From assembly GCF_963921235.1 (NCBI RefSeq), contig NC_086097.1, positions 60,576,001 to 60,640,000 of the forward strand: 64,000 nt of DNA, in the 5' to 3' direction. The notes below the pieces were generated by a model. It saw nothing but the letters and a program-made list of their open reading frames with translations. It did no database searches and was not told where the DNA came from. Both the position numbers and the translations under genes were made by a program. This document shows positions 24,517 to 38,022 of the stretch, in pieces. Positions within the stretch are counted from its first letter, which is position 1; every line of letters starts with the position of its first letter. Source of the DNA: Mobula hypostoma. Lineage: Eukaryota.

Positions 24517-25055
24517 CTCTCTCTTTCTCTCTCTCCCTCTCCCTCCCTAATAAGGGAAAAAGAGGTGACCCCGTCTCACAGTGAGAGGGGAGACATAATA
24601 AACAACTACTGATTAACGATGTTAAGAGTCTGTTGCATCGCTTTTTCCGATCTCAGCGCCCAGAGAGTCAGCCCCAGAAAGGCTCAGTTCAATGGACACA
24701 ACCCAATGCAGCTAACCTGCTGCTCGATGTTCCGTATTCTCCTGTGACATCTCAGTCAGGAGCACTGGCCTAAAATCAGCACGTCTCTTGAGCCAAGAAA
24801 ATCCGGCTCCCTGAAGGTGTGCTAGTCTTCCAGGATGCGCCCTTGTGTTATGAAAATGCAGCAGGACGTCAGGCCCTAAGAGCTGGTCCCGTTCCCGCAA
24901 AGAACCGGAGTCAGAGCATAACTCCAGGTAAGGGTCTTCAAAAGAACCTTGAAAAGGGAAAAAAAGAGATATCAAAGATGGAAATAGAGCTGTTTCCGAA
25001 GATGCAAGTAAAGGAGTCGCTGTTTAGCGCCAATTTGAATTTGCTTCGCCCCTAT
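24040..25055 (-). mobile_element. ORF-less non-autonomous retroposon, copy B
   Basis: Shares termini with copies A, C and D; contains an expanded CT tract. Confidence 0.7.
24343..24548. repeat. Compound (CT)n/TTTT polypyrimidine microsatellite
   Basis: Direct inspection. Confidence 0.95.
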
Positions 25056-27479
25056 GAGCTTGTCAGGAAGGATAAACAGCTGATTGAACAAAGATGCACT
25101 CAGACAGATGGTTTGAGATGTGTCTATTTTAATTCAAGGAGTATCATAAACAAGGCATGGATCAATCCATGGAACTATGATGTTGTGGCCATTACAGAGA
25201 CTTGGATGTCACAGGGCAAGAATGGCCTCTGAATTTGCTGGGCTTTAGATGTTTCAAAAGCGACAAAAAGGGAGGCAAAAAAGGTGGGGAGTGACATTGC
25301 TAATCAGGGATAGTATCACGGGCGCAAAAAAGGAGGAAGTCACGGAGGGATTGTCTACTAAGTCTTTGTGGGTGGAAGTCAGAAACAAGAAGAGGGCAAT
25401 AACTCCACTGGATGTTTTTTATAGACCCCCCCCCCCCCCGCAATAGTAACAGAGATATCGAGGAGCAGATGGGTGCCAGAATGGTGCAATAATAATAGGG
25501 TTGTTGTAATGGGAGATTTTAAGTTTCCTTTTATTGACTGGCATCTCCTCAGAGCAAGGGATTTAGATAGGGTAGAGTTTGTTATGTGTGTTCAGGAAGG
25601 TTTCCCCATGCAATATGTAAATAAGCCAACTAGAGGAGAGGCTGGTATTGGGAAATGAACTTGGTCAGATGTCAGTTCTCTCAGTGAAAGAACATTTTGG
25701 AGGTAGTTATCACAACTCTCTCTCCTTTACCATAGCACTGGAGAGGGATTGGAGCAAATAATCTGGAAACACATTTAATTGGGGTAGGGAGAAATATGAT
25801 GCTATTAGGCAGGAACTTAGGAACATAAATTGGGAACAGAAATTCAAGGAACATTTGCATGGCATTCTGCATAGGTATGTTCCATTGAAGCAGGGAAAGA
25901 ATGGTAGGGTTAAAGATCCACGGTGTACAAAGAATGTAGAAAATTTAGTAAAGAAGAACAAATGCATACAAAATGTTCAAGAAACTAGGTACTGTTAAAG
26001 CTCTAGAAAATTACAAGAGTGCCAGGAAGGAGCTCAAGAATGAAATTAGGAGAGCTAGAAGGGACCCTAAGAAAGCTTGGTAAGCAGGATTAAGGAAAAC
26101 CCAAAGGCATTCTACAAGTATGTGAAATGCAAGAGGATGAGCTGTGTGAGAATAGGACCAATCAGGTGCAATAGTGCAAAGGTCAGTTGTAGATGGTTTG
26201 TGTTGCGCAGGGAGTCTGGAGACCAGTAGTGTTCCGCAGAGATCTGTTCTGGGACCCCTCCTCTTTGTGATTTTTATAAATGACCTTGATGAAGAAAACG
26301 AAGGATGATTTAGTAAGTTTGTTGATGACACAAAAATCGGGCGTGTTGTGGATAGTCTGAAGGGTTGTCAGAGATTACAGTAGGACATCAATAGGATACA
26401 GAATTGCGCTGAGAAGTGGCAGATGGAGTTCAACCAAGCTAAGCGTGAAGTGGTTAATTTTGGTAGGTCAATTTTGAAGACAGTATATAATATTACTAGT
26501 AAGACTCTTGGCAGTGTGGAGGATCAGTGAGGTCTTGGGGTCTGTGTCCATAGGACACTCAAAGCTGCTGCGCAGGTTGACAGAGTTGTTAAGAAGGCAT
26601 ATGATATGATGGCATTCATTAACCATAGGACTGAGTTCAAGAGCTGTGAGTTAAGCTATAAAAGACCTTAGGAGATCCCACTTGGAGTACTGTGTTCAGT
26701 TCACCTCACTAAAGGAAGAATGTGGATACTATAGAGAGAGTGCAAAGGAGTCTCACAAGAATGTTGCCTGGATTGGAGAGAATGCCTTATGAGAATAGGT
26801 TGAGTGAACATGGCCTTTTGGCCTTGGAATGACAGAGGATGAGAGGTGACTTGGTAGAGGTGTATAAGATGATGAGAAGTATTGATCATGTGGCTAACCA
26901 GAGGCTGCTTCCCAAGGCTGAAGTGGCTAACACAAGGGTGCACAGTTTTCAGCTGCTTGGAAATAGGTTCAAGGGGAATGTCAGAGGTAAGTTATTTACA
27001 CAGAAAATGGTAGGTGTGCGGAATGCACTGCCAGTCAAGGTGGTAGAGGTGGATACAATGGGGTCTTTTAAGAGACTCTAAGGTAGATACATGGAGCTTT
27101 GAAAAATAGAGGGCTACGCGGTAGGGTTATTCTAGGCAGTTTCTAGTTTAGGTTACATGGTCGGCACAACATCGCGGGCCAAAAGGCCTGTAAAGAGGTG
27201 AAAATGTCTATGTTTCTATATGCTGGGTAGCAGAAGCCGCATGCCTCTGCATTTCAGCCTGGTTTGAGACCCCTCCCCGTCTTGCTCTTAGATATGGTGA
27301 TGAACCTTCGTTCTCTTAATTGTGCCGTGCCTGTCTGATCTGAGGAGTCCTTCGGACGATCACGAGTTCTGAAGATCATTCAGTTGATTTAAAAGTCCAT
27401 TTGTTAATAACAAGTTACCTGCTGCAGATTGCAGTGAGTAAAGTTCAAAGGAGGTATATTTAAAAGAATTTTTGGAACA

Positions 27480-29270
27480 ATTCTCTGCAGCCCAAAGAAC
27501 ATCACCAATGATTACCACTCTAGCCAATTTCATTCCCATTCCTTTGTAATTAACTTTATTGAAATTAAGCTCATGTTTCTTCCATCGAACAGAATACAAC
27601 ATTCACGCACTATCCACTACTTTGCATGAGATCTTATGTTCTGAGATCTTTTATTAATGCCCAATTACCAGTTCCTTGGATGGCTCCATAACGTATTGCT
27701 CTTGGAAACTATCCTGAATACCCTAAATGAATTTGTTCCAATAACCATCCTTTCAATTTGACTAGCTCAATTTTCATGAAGGTTAAAATTTCCATAAATG
27801 ATGAACTGCTCATTTATTGGTTGAGTTCTGGCTTTGCCCACAGCTTTGCTGCTATTTCTGGCTTTATGTATTGCTCTTATCAATGTTTCCTTTCCAGTAC
27901 TGTTCTTACCTCCACCCTAAAGTAATTGGAAGCTTTGAGCCCGGACTATCTTTCACAACTTTACTTATTCATCTTTTATTAACCTCAACACTGTATGCTC
28001 CTTGCTGTCTTCTTTGCAGGTCAAATATCTCTGAGTATTAAGTATTCAGTTCTGCCCTCCTTAGAACAATGTCTTCCTCATGGTTATCAGATGGTTATCA
28101 TACCTATTTATCTCTTTGTATGCCATTGATATGTTGACCTAATTACGAATGCTTTGTTCAATAGTTCCATTTACTATCAGAGAATGTATATGATATAGAA
28201 CCTGAAATTCTTGTTCGTCGCAGACATCCACGAAGATAGAAGAGTGCCTGAAAGAATGAGTGACAGTAAAGACATTAGAGCCTTGAAACCCTCCCTATTC
28301 CCACCAACATACAAGCAGTCGCAAAGCTCCCTCTCAATCCTCTCCCTCCTCCACTTACTGCAGCACACTGCATCAGCTCCCTCCACCCACCAAGCAAGCA
28401 ATAGAACAGCCCCTGAGAAAGACCCTGATTTGCAGTACAAGAAAAAGTAATTGTTCACCCGACAATTCAACATACCACTGCACTCTCTCTCTAATAACGG
28501 GCAGAGAGGTGTCAATCAGCAAGAGAGACACAAGCAAAACAACTCACTAATTTACGGTGTTAAAGTCTATCGTGTCGCTTTTTCTCTGAGCTCACTGACT
28601 TGATAATTGGCAACAAACTCTTCCCCACCAACGAGAGAAAGTGAGACAGCACATGATTCTCCGCGAGAGCCCCTGACAGTTGATCGTGATTCCTGATATT
28701 CCATTTTCTCTCACGACGCTTCAGTCAGTGGAACCAGCATAGAATTGGCTCATGCCCAGGGCCACAAAGCCTCAGAGCCCCGAAGTTGAGCTCATCTCCT
28801 TCGCTGCCTCCTTGGAATATCGAGAAATGGCTGGTCAGTCAGTGTGCCCCAAGAGTGGGAACCAACATTGTAAAAGGTTTGGCTGCAGCTCTAGGACAGT
28901 GTCTTCAACAGAATCCCATCCACCTTGAAAAGGAAGAGGAGTCACATTAAATGTAGAAATTAAGCTGCTTCCACAGAATTCAAACGAGTAGCTGTCTGGT
29001 GCTATCGTAGCTTCAGTAGTTCCCTCTAAACTGCTTTGTGCATTATAATACTGAGCTTTTATTCTTTTTATTGTTTTTAATCATCTTATTATTATTTGTC
29101 CACTGATTTTCAGCTTCCTGGTTCCCCGTGTTTTGATTTGTTTTACAGTCCACTATGCCTTCTTTCACTTTTATTCTCTTTCTCTTACTCTTGTCATCGA
29201 CCCAGGTTCCCAACAGCTTCCTGTTCGGTTTTAACTCTGTTCTGGCCTAGAGTATTCCCCACTGAGGACA
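27480..29270 (-). mobile_element. Old CR1-like LINE fragment (EN region), interrupted by copy C
   Basis: The reverse strand resembles CR1 EN (ORF 27360-27602: LNFNKVNYKGMGMKLARV). Confidence 0.5.
28157..29010 (-). mobile_element. ORF-less non-autonomous retroposon, copy C
   Basis: Shares termini and internal blocks with copies A, B and D. Confidence 0.7.
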
Positions 29271-29279
29271 TTGGTCTCT

Positions 29280-29435
29280 GAGTTTCTTTTTGCACTACTT
29301 ATTTTTACTGAATGATTTAATAAACATATAGATACTTACTGTAATTCTGTTTTTTTTCTCTATATTTATTTATCATGTATTTCACTATATTGTTGCTGTA
29401 AAGTTAACAAATTTCACGCCATTTGCCGGTGATAT
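29280..29435 (+). mobile_element. Rex1-like 3' UTR fragment
   Basis: TTGCACTAC..AAGTTAACAAATTTCACG..GCCGGTGATA, as at 13.8 and 58.36 kb. Confidence 0.7.
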
Positions 29436-29946
29436 TCACATTTCACAGCCTGCACACGCTGCTGGCTGTTTAAATTTATATCACCTACAAACTTGCACAA
29501 TATTCACTGATACTTATCTAACTGCCTTGCAGGAAACATTCCAACAGCTAAGTCAACAGCTTTACAAAAGCAATTATCAGCATTCTTCTTTAGAATACCA
29601 AAGCATCTCAGCCCAGGGTGCATGATCTTGGCTGTAGGACTTGTTACTAAATTTTCTGCTGCCAAGGCTTTGGGCAAAGTCTGTACACAAAATAAAAGAT
29701 GGGGTCATCTTCAACTTCTTCCTCTTTCCAGTATCCTTTCCAGACTCAAGAACTGCATTTGGTTCAAGCATACACCTCTTACTCTCTAACCTCTCCCCTA
29801 ACCATAACCTTGTCCTTTCGGTATTTGGCTGTGTGAGTGAGGAATGGCAAAATTGTTAGAAAAATGAGAAGAAGGTGAATGCACACTGTCACTGATGATT
29901 AATCCATTACCAGCATCTCTGATACTGAAAGTGTGTTATCCTAGAG

Positions 29947-31903
29947 CAGGGATTCTCAACCGGTGTTCCGCGAGAGATTGTGATGAAAAGAAACCTCGTT
30001 TTTTGAACTTTGCGCGACATGCAATGCTAGCACTCTCAGTGGTGGTCAGTAACCGAAGTAACCGAGCAGCCCCGTTAGCAATCTGATTGAGAGTCTGTCA
30101 GCCCATTATGGCAGTGCACAGTAGGACCAGGTTTATTTAGTTGAGTCCAGTCTCAGTTTTTAACGTGAGATAGGGGAGGCTGTTGATAATTGGTGAGCGC
30201 TGTATTGCCTGGAGGGGAGGACGGTAGGCTGATGAGGAGCATGAAGTGTATTTTCTGAGCACTGAATGGACTCACCCAACTTGGGCTGTGATGTCAGCCT
30301 CTCTCTCCCTAATTACCTCAACCAATTTCCCTTTATGCGCTGCAGACTGACTTATGGGAGCAAACAAACTCTGCTGGTGTACTGAAAAAATTGGAAGGAA
30401 ATTTTCATTCCAAAGAAGGGTTTTTTAATGCCTCTTGACTTAGCAGAGCTTATTATCCAGAAAAGAAAAAGTCACACAGTTGGTGAGAACCTAATAATGC
30501 CAGTGGGTAAAATGAAATTGTAGTGGGTAAAATGCGAGGACAAAATGCCGTACAAGAAATTGAAAAGGTTTCACTCTAGAACAATATGATGCTGAAGAGG
30601 TTTTGTGTGATAAACTGAAAAACAACAGCTTCTCTATCCAGGTTGATGAGTCAACTGATTACACCAATAAATGTCATGTTGTAACATTTGTAAGATATAT
30701 AAATGATGGCGAAATCCAGAAAAACTTTTCCTATTGCAAAGAGCTACCCAAGACAAGCAAAGACCAAGATATATTTAATATGTTGTCTTCATATCTGGAA
30801 ACAAAAGGTCTGCCTTGGAGGAACTGTGTCAACATCTGTACTGATGGTGCCCCATCAATAGCTGGCTCCATGAGAGGTTTTGTTTCTCTTGTAAAAAAAA
30901 AGAAAATCTTGATGTTGTCACAACACACAACTTTCTTCATAGAGAGGTGCTGATGTCAAAAACTCTTGGAGATGAAACAAAAAATATTCTAGAAGATGCT
31001 ACAAAAATTGGTTAATTTTATTAAACAAAAACCTGTTCACTCAAAAATGTTTTTAAAAAACTGTGTGAAAACCTGAACAAAGAGCACGCACCAGTCTCAT
31101 GCTATGTTCCGAAACCTGGTGGCTTAGCAGAGGAAGATTTCTCAACAGGGTGTTTGAGCTGAAAGGTGAATTACAGGAGTACATTCAAGAAGATAGTAGG
31201 CCAGATTTTGCAGAGTGCTTTGAAGATGAAGAATGGCTGCAGAAACTAGCCTAATTAGCAGACATTTTTTTATCATATGAGCCAGTTGAATAAGTCTCTG
31301 CAAGGCCCTGGAGAAAATGTTTTGACTTCAAGTGAAAAGATTTTTTGATTTAAAATTAAATTGAATATTTGGAAAAATCATGTTGCAAAAGAAAATCTTG
31401 AAATGTTTCCTCTGCTGCTTGAACTTAGGAGTGAGGAAGGATATCAGAAAATCTCACGTCTTACTGAAAACCACCCGGAAGAACGACAGGCAAAATTGAA
31501 CAGTAATTTTCCTCCTTTTCAACACAAGTGTGCGACCGGGTGAGGGATCCTTTCTCTGAAACTTCTGGTCAGCTTGAGAAGTTGACTTTGAGAGAAAAGG
31601 AAGAACATTGTGAGCTGCAGTCTGATCAAGTACTGAAGATGAGATTTATTGACCTGCCTCTGGACAAGTTCTGGATTTCTGTGAAAGAAGATTATGCTGC
31701 TATTCATAAGAATGCAATGAATATTTTGCTGCAGTTTTCAACTTCTTACATGTGTGAGCAAGATTTTTCTTGTTTAACAAGCACCAAGAGCAAGGATAGA
31801 AATCATATAATTTCAATTGAAGGTTAAATCCGTATGTTTGCCTTATGAGTTTTTAAAATTATGAAAGTGTTCCTCCAGGGCAAAAAATGGTTGAAAAAAG
31901 CTG
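29947..31903 (+). mobile_element. hAT DNA transposon (Charlie/Buster type), internally deleted, decayed transposase
   Basis: TIRs CAGGGATTCTCAACC / GGTTGAAAAAAGCTG and an 8-bp near-TSD TCCTAGAG / TTCTGGAG. Transposase motifs: FSIQVDESTD, ICTDGAPS, WLSRG, LLQFSTSYMCEQDFS. Confidence 0.9.
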
Positions 31904-32568
31904 TTCTGGAGGTTGGTCTAACAGTGGGATCTACACATGGAGAGAAACTGGACCAGGCCACCAACCAGACAAGTGGCAGAGATTAGGTCAACTCTCACGT
32001 AAACTGTGAATATGGATGAATCTATAGTATATTTATTGCCAACCTTTATTCACCTTCAGAGTTCAGCAATGGTCATGCATTTTTTTTTCTTGAATTCAAG
32101 TGGATAAGTTCAATACTCCATTCACAAAGAAAGACAGACAATAATGTGTTAAATGGGAAATTAACTTGTCATAAATTGCACGATGTTGATTCAATGATAT
32201 GGAAGGAATGACTGCATTAGGTTTAGTTGCATCTGATTACTTCTAAAGCTTCTCACAGCTGAAAATGTAAAATATACAGATCCCCAAACAAAAAAAAAGC
32301 AGTTGCCAAATTTCCCTTCTTTATCACAATTCATATAAACTATGCTCCATCACTCAAGAACCTCACAACATTATGGCAGCATTAATTTGCAACCATACAT
32401 TTTAATACACTACATTATTCAAACCATTAACTGATGTGACAAACAAAGACACCTTCTTAGTGAAAGGATACAAAAGGAAACACATCAGACATTTATTCAT
32501 GGTTTACCATTTCTATTGCAATTGACAATATTAAAATTCACAGTAGGTCTGAAAAACTTGCAAAATTT

Positions 32569-32571
<3 letters not shown>

Positions 32572-32645
<74 letters not shown>
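32572..32645. repeat. (AT)n(AC)n compound microsatellite
   Basis: Direct inspection. Confidence 0.95.
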
Positions 32646-32646
<1 letters not shown>

Positions 32647-33129
32647 TTTTTTACAAGTAACATTCATATAATCTACATGCCAAGAGGAAAAACACTAACA
32701 TGCAAACTAAAATCATGGAATGTTGAAGATGAGCTCAAAAAATCTTATAAGGCAAATACAACAAACAAAGAGCTTCATTGTTACAAAAGTAAATGTAATC
32801 ACGTCATATATTAAGTACAATATAAGACATTAGTCCTAGAAATCTTGAACTCCTTTGATGGATGCCATATGGTCCAGCATATGGACAGACATGTACATAA
32901 AAGAGAATAGACCACTTGACCCGTCACATATTTGCCAACATGATAGCAATTAATAATAATCCTATCTGTCTGCACAATGTCAATATCCCTATTCTCTACC
33001 TGTTATGTGTCTATACAAATGCTGCTGTCATTTACAGCTTCCCTGTCAACATGTTTTTGGCACCTACCACATTCTGAGTTAAAAAGAAAGTTGCTTCTTA
33101 AGTCTCCTTAAAAATATATTTATTTATTT

Positions 33130-33340
33130 TTACTTATTGGCCTACAGCGTGGACAAAACCCTTCCAAACCTTCAATCCACACCACCCAGCAATTCTCCAA
33201 TTTAATCCCAGCCTAATCACACACCAATTTACACTAAGCAATTAACCTATCAGATGGTGCATCTTTGGACTGTGGGAAGAAACTCGGGTACCTGGAGAAA
33301 ATTCTCGAGTTCACGGACAGAATTCAAAAGAACTCCTTAC
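33130..33340 (-). mobile_element. V-SINE (HE1-like) fragment
   Basis: The reverse complement contains the V-domain-like TTCCCACAGTCCAAAGATG..GGTTAATTG; same family as 40420-40670. Confidence 0.65.
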
Positions 33341-33341
33341 A

Positions 33342-36300
33342 GGCATTTGATTGGACAGCAGCGAAGATGCAGTTGAAGCTTTCCTGTACAGGTCCACAGT
33401 GGAGCTGGAAAAAGCAGCCAGATTTCAGTGGGTGTCTTTGATTGGACAGCAGCACAGGGGCAGCAGAAATGTTCCCGCACATGTCTGGAACAGAGCTTGA
33501 TAAACCCAGTCTCTACCATCTAGCAGAGCCATCACCAGAGTGGTTTGGGTCAGAGTGGTAAGGGTTTGGCTCAACAGGCTTTGGAGAGAACAGGCGGAGG
33601 TGAGGTAATAAGGTAAGTTTATTTCTTATTTAACTCTAGAAAAAATAGGGGTATGTCTGCAGCACCAGAATTCTGTTCCAGGTGTCAGATGTAGGATTTC
33701 CAGGAGACTTCCAGTGTCCCCATGCCCACATCTGCACGAGGTGCATTGAGATGCAACTCCGTAGAAACTGTGTTAAGGAACTGGAGCTGTTGCTTGATGG
33801 TCTTTGGCTTGATAGGGAAATTGAGGAGATGATAGACAGAAGATACAGGGAGGTAGTCACCCCAAGGCTACAGGAAATAAATAGACTGTCAAGAGAGGGA
33901 GGGAAAAACACTAGATAGTGGAGAGCACCCCTGTGGCTGTCTCTGTCAACAATAAGTACTCCATTTTGAGTACTGTTGAGGGGGGACCTGCCTGGGAGAA
34001 GTAACAGCGACCGTGCCTCTGGGACTGAGACTGGCAATGTGGCTCAGAAGGGTAGGGAACTGAAGACAATGACAGCAGTAATACAGGAGTCTATAGTTAG
34101 GGGAACAGATAGGCAATTCTGTGGATGCGAAAAAGAAATATGGATGGTAGATTGCCTCCCAAGAGCCAGCATCTGCGATGTTTCTGAATGCATCCATAAC
34201 ATCCTGAAAAGGGAGGGTGAGCAGCCAGAAGTCATGGTATATATTGGTACCAATGACATAGATAGAAAAATGGAGGAGGTACTGAAAACAGAATACAGGG
34301 AGTTAGGAAGGAAGCTGAGAAGCAGGACGCCAAGGGTAGCAATCTCAGGATTGCTGTCTGTGCCATGCGACAGTGAAGATGGGAATAGAATGATGTGGCA
34401 GATAAATGTGTGGCTGAAGAATTGGAGCATGGGGCAGGAATTCAGATTTCTGGATTATTGGGACCTCTTCTGGGGCAGGTGTGACCTGTACAAAAGGGAT
34501 GTGTTCACTTGAATTTGACGGGGACCAATATCATTGTGGGCAGGTTTTATAGAGCTGTTGGGAGTGCTTTAAACTAATAAGGCAGGGGGATGGAAACTAG
34601 TATGATAGAGCTGAGGATGAGCCAGCAGGTTTACAAGTGGATGATGGATGTAATATGAAGGTAAGGAACGACAAGCCAATGACTGGTACAAATCATTGAG
34701 TTAAAGTGTATCACAGAGGCAAACTTCAAAAGGGTGAAGAATGCAGGACTGAAGGTACTATATTTAAATGCATGTAGTATTCAGAATAAGGTGGATGAAC
34801 ACATTACACAATTTGATATTGTAGGCATCACTAAGTTGTAGCTGAAAGAAGGTCATAGCAGGGAACTTAACATCAAAGGATATACTTTGTATCAAAAGGA
34901 CAGACAGGAAGGTATAGGCAGTTGATGGCTCTATTGGTAAGAGATAGAATTACATCTTTAGAAAGAGAAGAGATGTTGAATCTTTGTGGGTGGAGTTAAG
35001 AAACTACAAGAGTTTTAAAAAACACATTATGGAAATCATATATAGGCCTACAGATAGTAGCCAAGATGTGGGGTTGAGATTGCTAAGGGAGCTGGAAATT
35101 CATACTGCAATTTGAGAGGGAAAAGCATGTCAGCTGTATCAGTATTGAAATGGAATACAAGGAATTACAGAGGCATGAGAGAGGAGCTTGCCCAGCTGAA
35201 TTGGAGGGGGATACTGGTAGGGTTGCCGACGGAGCGGAGGTGGCTGAAGTTTCTGACAACAGTTCACAAGGCGCAGGATTGATATGTCCCACAGAAGAAG
35301 CAGTACTCAAATCATAGGTCCAGGCAACTGTGGCTGACAAAGAACATTAAGGATTGCATAAAAGCCAAGGAAGGAGCATATGATGTAGCAAAATGAGTGG
35401 GAAGTTGGATGATGGGAAGCTTTTAAAATCCAACAAAAGGCAACTAAAAAACTATAAGAAGGGAAAAGATGAAAAATGAGGGCACACTAGCCAATAATAT
35501 AAAGCAGGATACTGTAAGTTTTTTTCAGTTATATAAGAATTAAAAGGAAGATGATAGTTAATATTGGACCACTAAAAATGATGCCAGTGAGGCAGTAATC
35601 GGGAACAAAGAAATGGCAGATGAACCTAATAAGAACTTTGCATCACTCTTCATTCTGGAAGACACTAGCAGAGTGTCAGATGTCCATGAGTGTCAGGGAG
35701 CAGGAGTGAGTGCCATTGGAATTACGAAAGGAAAAAAAATGCCAGGCAAACTGAAAGGTCTTAAGGTGGGTAAGTCACCTGGACCAGATAGACTATATCA
35801 CAGAGTTCTGAAGGAGGTTGCTGAAGAGATAGAAGATGCATTGGTTATGATCTTTCAACTATCACTTGACTCTGGCATGGTTCTGGACGACTGGAAAATT
35901 GCAAATGTTACTCCACCCTTTAATAAGGGAAGAAGGCAAAGGAAAGGAAATTACAGGGCCAGTTAGCCTAACCTCGGTGGTTGGGAAAGTGTTGGAGTTC
36001 ATCATTAAGGATGAACTTTTGGAGTACTTGGAGACTAGTGGTAAAATAAGTCAAGGTCAGCATGGTTTCTGTGAAGGGAAGTCTTGCCTGACAAATCTGT
36101 TAGGTCTGAAGGCAAATGCATTGTTGGCATTCATTTCAAGAGGAATAGAATACAAAAACAAGAGATAATGCTGAGGCTTTATAAGACACTAGTCAGGCCC
36201 CACTAGGAGTGTCATCAACAGCTTCAGACATAGCCTCAAAGTTGAGGGGCAACCCTTTAGAACAGATATAAAAAGGAACTTTTTTAGAAAGAGAGTAGTG

Positions 36301-36537
36301 AAATGCTGTGAAATGTGGAATGTTCTGTCACAGACAGCTATGGAGGCTAAGACGGTGGGTATATTTAAAGCAAAAATTGACAGTATCCTGATTGGTCAGA
36401 GCATCAAAAGTTATGTCGAGAAAGCAGATGTATGGGGTTGAGTGTGATCTAGGATCAGCCATGATGGATTGGTGGAGGAGACTTGATGGGTTGAATGGCC
36501 TAATTCTCCTCCTATGTTTTATAGCGTTATGGTCTTC
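33342..36537 (+). mobile_element. Full-span decayed CR1 LINE with large RT deletions
   Basis: 5' UTR, ORF1 (HICTRCIEMQ; ESIVRG; YIGTNDI), EN and RT remnants (GKSPGPD; QHGFCEGKSCLTNL), and a 3' tail. Confidence 0.88.
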
Positions 36538-36609
36538 TGGCAGTGGCGAAAAATGACCTGTACTTTCAAGCATTGTGATAACCACTACACTACTGTGCTG
36601 TGTATAAAG

Positions 36610-36962
36610 TTCGAAGTTCAAAGTAAATTTATTATCAAACTATGTAAATGTCACCATTTACAACTCTGAGATTAATTTCCTTGAGATAATCACAACAAAT
36701 TTAAGAAACATAATAGATGCAATGAAAGACTGCACCCAACAGGGTGGATATAAACCAACGTACAAAAAACCCTAAAAAACTGTGTAAATTCAAAAAGAAA
36801 GAGAAACAATAAAGAAATAATCATCATAATAAATAAACAGTAAATATTGAGAACATGAGATGAAGGGTCCTTGAAAGTGAGTCCAGATCAGTGAGAATGT
36901 TTCAGTGATGGGTGAGTGAAGTTGAGTGAAGTTATCACCTCAGATTGAAGACCCTGGTGGTT
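36610..36962 (-). mobile_element. Rex1-like LINE 3' UTR
   Basis: The minus strand ends GATAATAAATTTACTTTGAACTTCGAAC. Confidence 0.65.
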
Positions 36963-37113
36963 GACAGATAATAATAATAATAATAACACTAATGTTGCAG
37001 CTATATAGGGCTCTGGTTTGACCCTACTTGGAGTACTGTGATCAGTTCCGATTGCCTCACTACAGGAAGGACGTGGAAACCATAGAAAGGGTGCAGAAGA
37101 GATTTACAAGGAT

Positions 37114-37327
37114 CACACATAAAAGTTGCTGGTGAACGCAGCAGGCCAGGCGGCATCTCTAGGAAGAGGTACAGTCGACGTTTCGGACCGAGACCCTTCG
37201 TCAGGACTAACTGAAAGAAGCACTAGTCAGAAATTTGAAAGTGGGAGGGGCAGGAGAGATCCGAAATGATAGGAGAAGACAGGAGGTTGAGGTTTGGATC
37301 CAAGAGCTGGACAGTTGATTGGCAAAA
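37114..37327 (-). mobile_element. Penelope-type pLTR fragment
   Basis: Matches the copies at 41.5, 41.9 and 52.2 kb and contains a hammerhead motif. Confidence 0.85.
37173..37208 (-). ncRNA. Minimal type I hammerhead ribozyme motif
   Basis: The minus strand reads AGUC CUGACGA AGGGUCUCGGUCC GAAA CGUC GACU: intact core, stem I AGUC/GACU, palindromic ACGU helix III. Confidence 0.75.
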
Positions 37328-37775
37328 TTGATCACGTGGATAGTCAGAGGCTTTTCCCCAGGGCTGAAATGGCTGGCACGAGAGGGCATAGTTTTAAGGT
37401 GCCTGGAAGTAGGTACAGAGAGATGTCAGGGGTAAGTTTTTTATGCTGAGAGTGGTGGGTGCGTGGAATGGGCTGCCAGTTGTGGTGGTGGAGATGGAAA
37501 CGATAGGGTTTTTTGAGAGACTCCTGGATGGATACATGGAGCTCAGAAAAGTAGAGGGCTATGGGTATGCCTAGGTAGTTCTAAGGTAAGGACATGTTCA
37601 GCACAGCTTTGTGGGCTGAAGGGCCTGTATTGTGCTGTAGGTTTTCTATATTTCTATGTTTCTAATAATAATAATAATAATAATACTGTTTTGATCCCAA
37701 GTGCGAATTTCTTTAGTTACAGCAACAACATTTAAAAACACACTTAACAGTGCACAGACTTAACTAGTAATAAAA

Positions 37776-38022
37776 GTAAAAAAAAGTAAAGGTACATTGT
37801 ATCTGGAGTTTCTCCGGTTAGAGGACGATTTCGTGGAGAACCACGTATGAGGCATGTTACAGCAGTGGTTTTCCATTGCCATCTGCTGGGTGAGTTTCCA
37901 AAGAGATCACCAGCTCGTAACCCAGCACGGATGGAAAGCTTGCAGGGGAGCCGGCTGGATTCGAACTCGGGACCTTTCGTCCCGAAGCCTGGTGCTGAAG
38001 CCACTACGCCACCAGCCGGGTC
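37776..38022 (-). mobile_element. tRNA-derived SINE with RTE-like 3' end
   Basis: A box TGGCGTAGTGG (38011-38001), B box GTTCGAATCC (37966-37957), 3' GGCAATGGAAAACCACTG and ACCTTTAC tail, and a 10-bp TSD AGTAATAAAA. Confidence 0.8.

Larger units (their letters stand above)
22830..27220 (+). mobile_element. Full-span decayed CR1 LINE (5' UTR, ORF1, ORF2 with internal deletion), interrupted at 24040-25055
   Basis: ORF1 esterase motifs GDLIVRG, CCLPGARVQD and VGTN; EN YFNSRS..ITETW; RT 3' half; CR1 tail. Confidence 0.88.
36990..37664 (+). mobile_element. CR1 3' fragment inserted in a (TAA)n tract, itself interrupted by a pLTR
   Basis: LVxPYLEYCDQF..RKDVET; near-identical to 38495-39015; (TAA)n on both sides. 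Confidence 0.9.

Noticed and set aside
22046..24584. ORFs with LS/SL dipeptide runs (22046-22540, 24237-24584)
   Set aside because: They are translations of (CT)n microsatellites.
24030..25063. GAGCTTGT as the TSD of retroposon copy B
   Set aside because: It is offset from the apparent element ends and may be an internal CR1 repeat.
30603..31827. Domesticated ZBED5/SCAND3-like host gene
   Set aside because: It has multiple stops and frameshifts and retains TIRs and a TSD, so it is a dead hAT copy.
31950..32900. Minus-strand 3' UTR of a host gene
   Set aside because: Only AT-richness and AATAAA-like hexamers support it, and no linked terminal coding exon was found.
37950..38020. tRNA gene
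   Set aside because: A/B boxes are present, but the sequence is the head of a TSD-flanked SINE and no convincing canonical cloverleaf was found.
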